This document shows, piece after piece, positions 61,773 to 61,842 of a DNA stretch of 61,842 nt. The notes below the pieces were generated by a model. It ran no database searches. It saw only the letters and a program-made list of their open reading frames with translations, and was not told the DNA's origin. The translations under genes were made by a program, and so were the position numbers. Positions within the stretch are counted from its first letter, which is position 1. Every line of letters begins with the position of its first letter. Source of the stretch: an uncultured Candidatus Saccharibacteria bacterium (GTDB lineage Bacteria > Patescibacteriota > Minisyncoccia > Portnoybacterales > UBA2143); NCBI GenBank assembly GCA_964629675.1, contig CAZVUG010000010.1, forward strand, positions 1 through 61,842. The letters run 5' to 3'.

Positions 61773-61842
61773 AAACCTAAAAGCAAAAACCCCGATTTCC
61801 GGGGTTTTTGCTTTTAGGTTTTTAATAAACACACTTTTCTAA
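61752..61842. repeat. perfect 43-bp inverted repeat (5-nt loop) reaching the last base of the window
   Basis: 61752-61794 pairs with 61800-61842 at all 43 positions, checked base by base. The inner ~16 bp plus the T-run look like a normal terminator. The outer arm mirrors the last 21 nt of the ORF. Confidence 0.9.

Noticed and set aside
1-61842. Search for tRNA, rRNA, tmRNA, SRP RNA, CRISPR arrays, IS elements and long dispersed repeats.
   Set aside because: I found no T-loop GGTTCGAATCC-type box in any intergenic gap and no regularly spaced direct repeats. No transposase or integrase-like ORF is present. Only four gaps exceed ~150 nt (37809-38314, 48426-48641, 51790-52005 and 57128-57283), and each is discussed separately. 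Without covariance-model tools a small structured RNA could still be missed.

Overview
AT-rich (hand-counted 60-nt lines are mostly 20-35% G+C) and very gene-dense window with about 70 protein genes. All but four are on the + strand, and many are separated by 1-15 nt gaps or ATGA overlaps. I recognise no rRNA, tRNA, CRISPR array, transposase or integrase.

The content is core housekeeping of a reduced-genome bacterium. The mix of features looks like a Candidate Phyla Radiation/Patescibacteria genome, but that is inference, not proof. The features are A/T-only SD-less leaders, trimmed AlaRS and ProRS, K/E-rich extensions on ribosomal proteins and RpoA, type IV pilin-like genes, a sigma-r4 + HARE-HTH protein, an O-antigen-ligase+TPR protein, and PEGA and BNR surface proteins.

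Gene blocks:
- 0-8.6 kb: envelope-glycan locus (methyltransferase, flippase, polyprenyl-P sugar transferase, O-antigen-ligase-like/TPR, secreted HExxH protein, murB).
- 8.6-16 kb: hpf, an H1-like basic protein, secA, an HD hydrolase, secDF.
- 16-20.4 kb: a DNA-binding protein plus a membrane protein / VirD4-HerA-like ATPase / zinc-ribbon trio.
- 20.4-25.3 kb: alaS, an ftsA-like gene and a large bitopic partner.
- 25.3-29.4 kb: infA-rpmJ-rpsM-rpsK-rpsD-rpoA-rplQ-rplM-rpsI.
- 29.4-42.5 kb: PEGA protein, murA, mreB, two GT4 transferases, holB, BNR propeller, frr, rseP, proS, a second mreB, mutM.
- 42.5-45.7 kb: GH1 / EamA / GH-like sugar cluster.
- 45.7-52 kb: rlpA-like gene, trmH-like gene, tgt, hydroxyacid dehydrogenase, rnhB-MGMT fusion, DsbA-like protein.
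- 52-61.8 kb: pilins interleaved with a central-carbon cluster (gap, rpiB, rpe, pfkB-family kinase, fba), then rplY and a coiled-coil lytic transglycosylase.

Most noteworthy observations:
- A stand-alone 'split coupling-protein-like' translocase module (17.0-20.4 kb).
- A sharply G+C-rich orphan gene plus a decayed transcription unit between frr and rseP, where uppS-cdsA usually sit.
- Two translation-initiation regimes: eight genes with a textbook AAGGAG, five of them small orphans, against about 60 genes with none.
- An RNase HII-MGMT fusion.
- A pilin gene broken at a T5 run.
- A perfect 43-bp palindrome that runs to the last base of the window.
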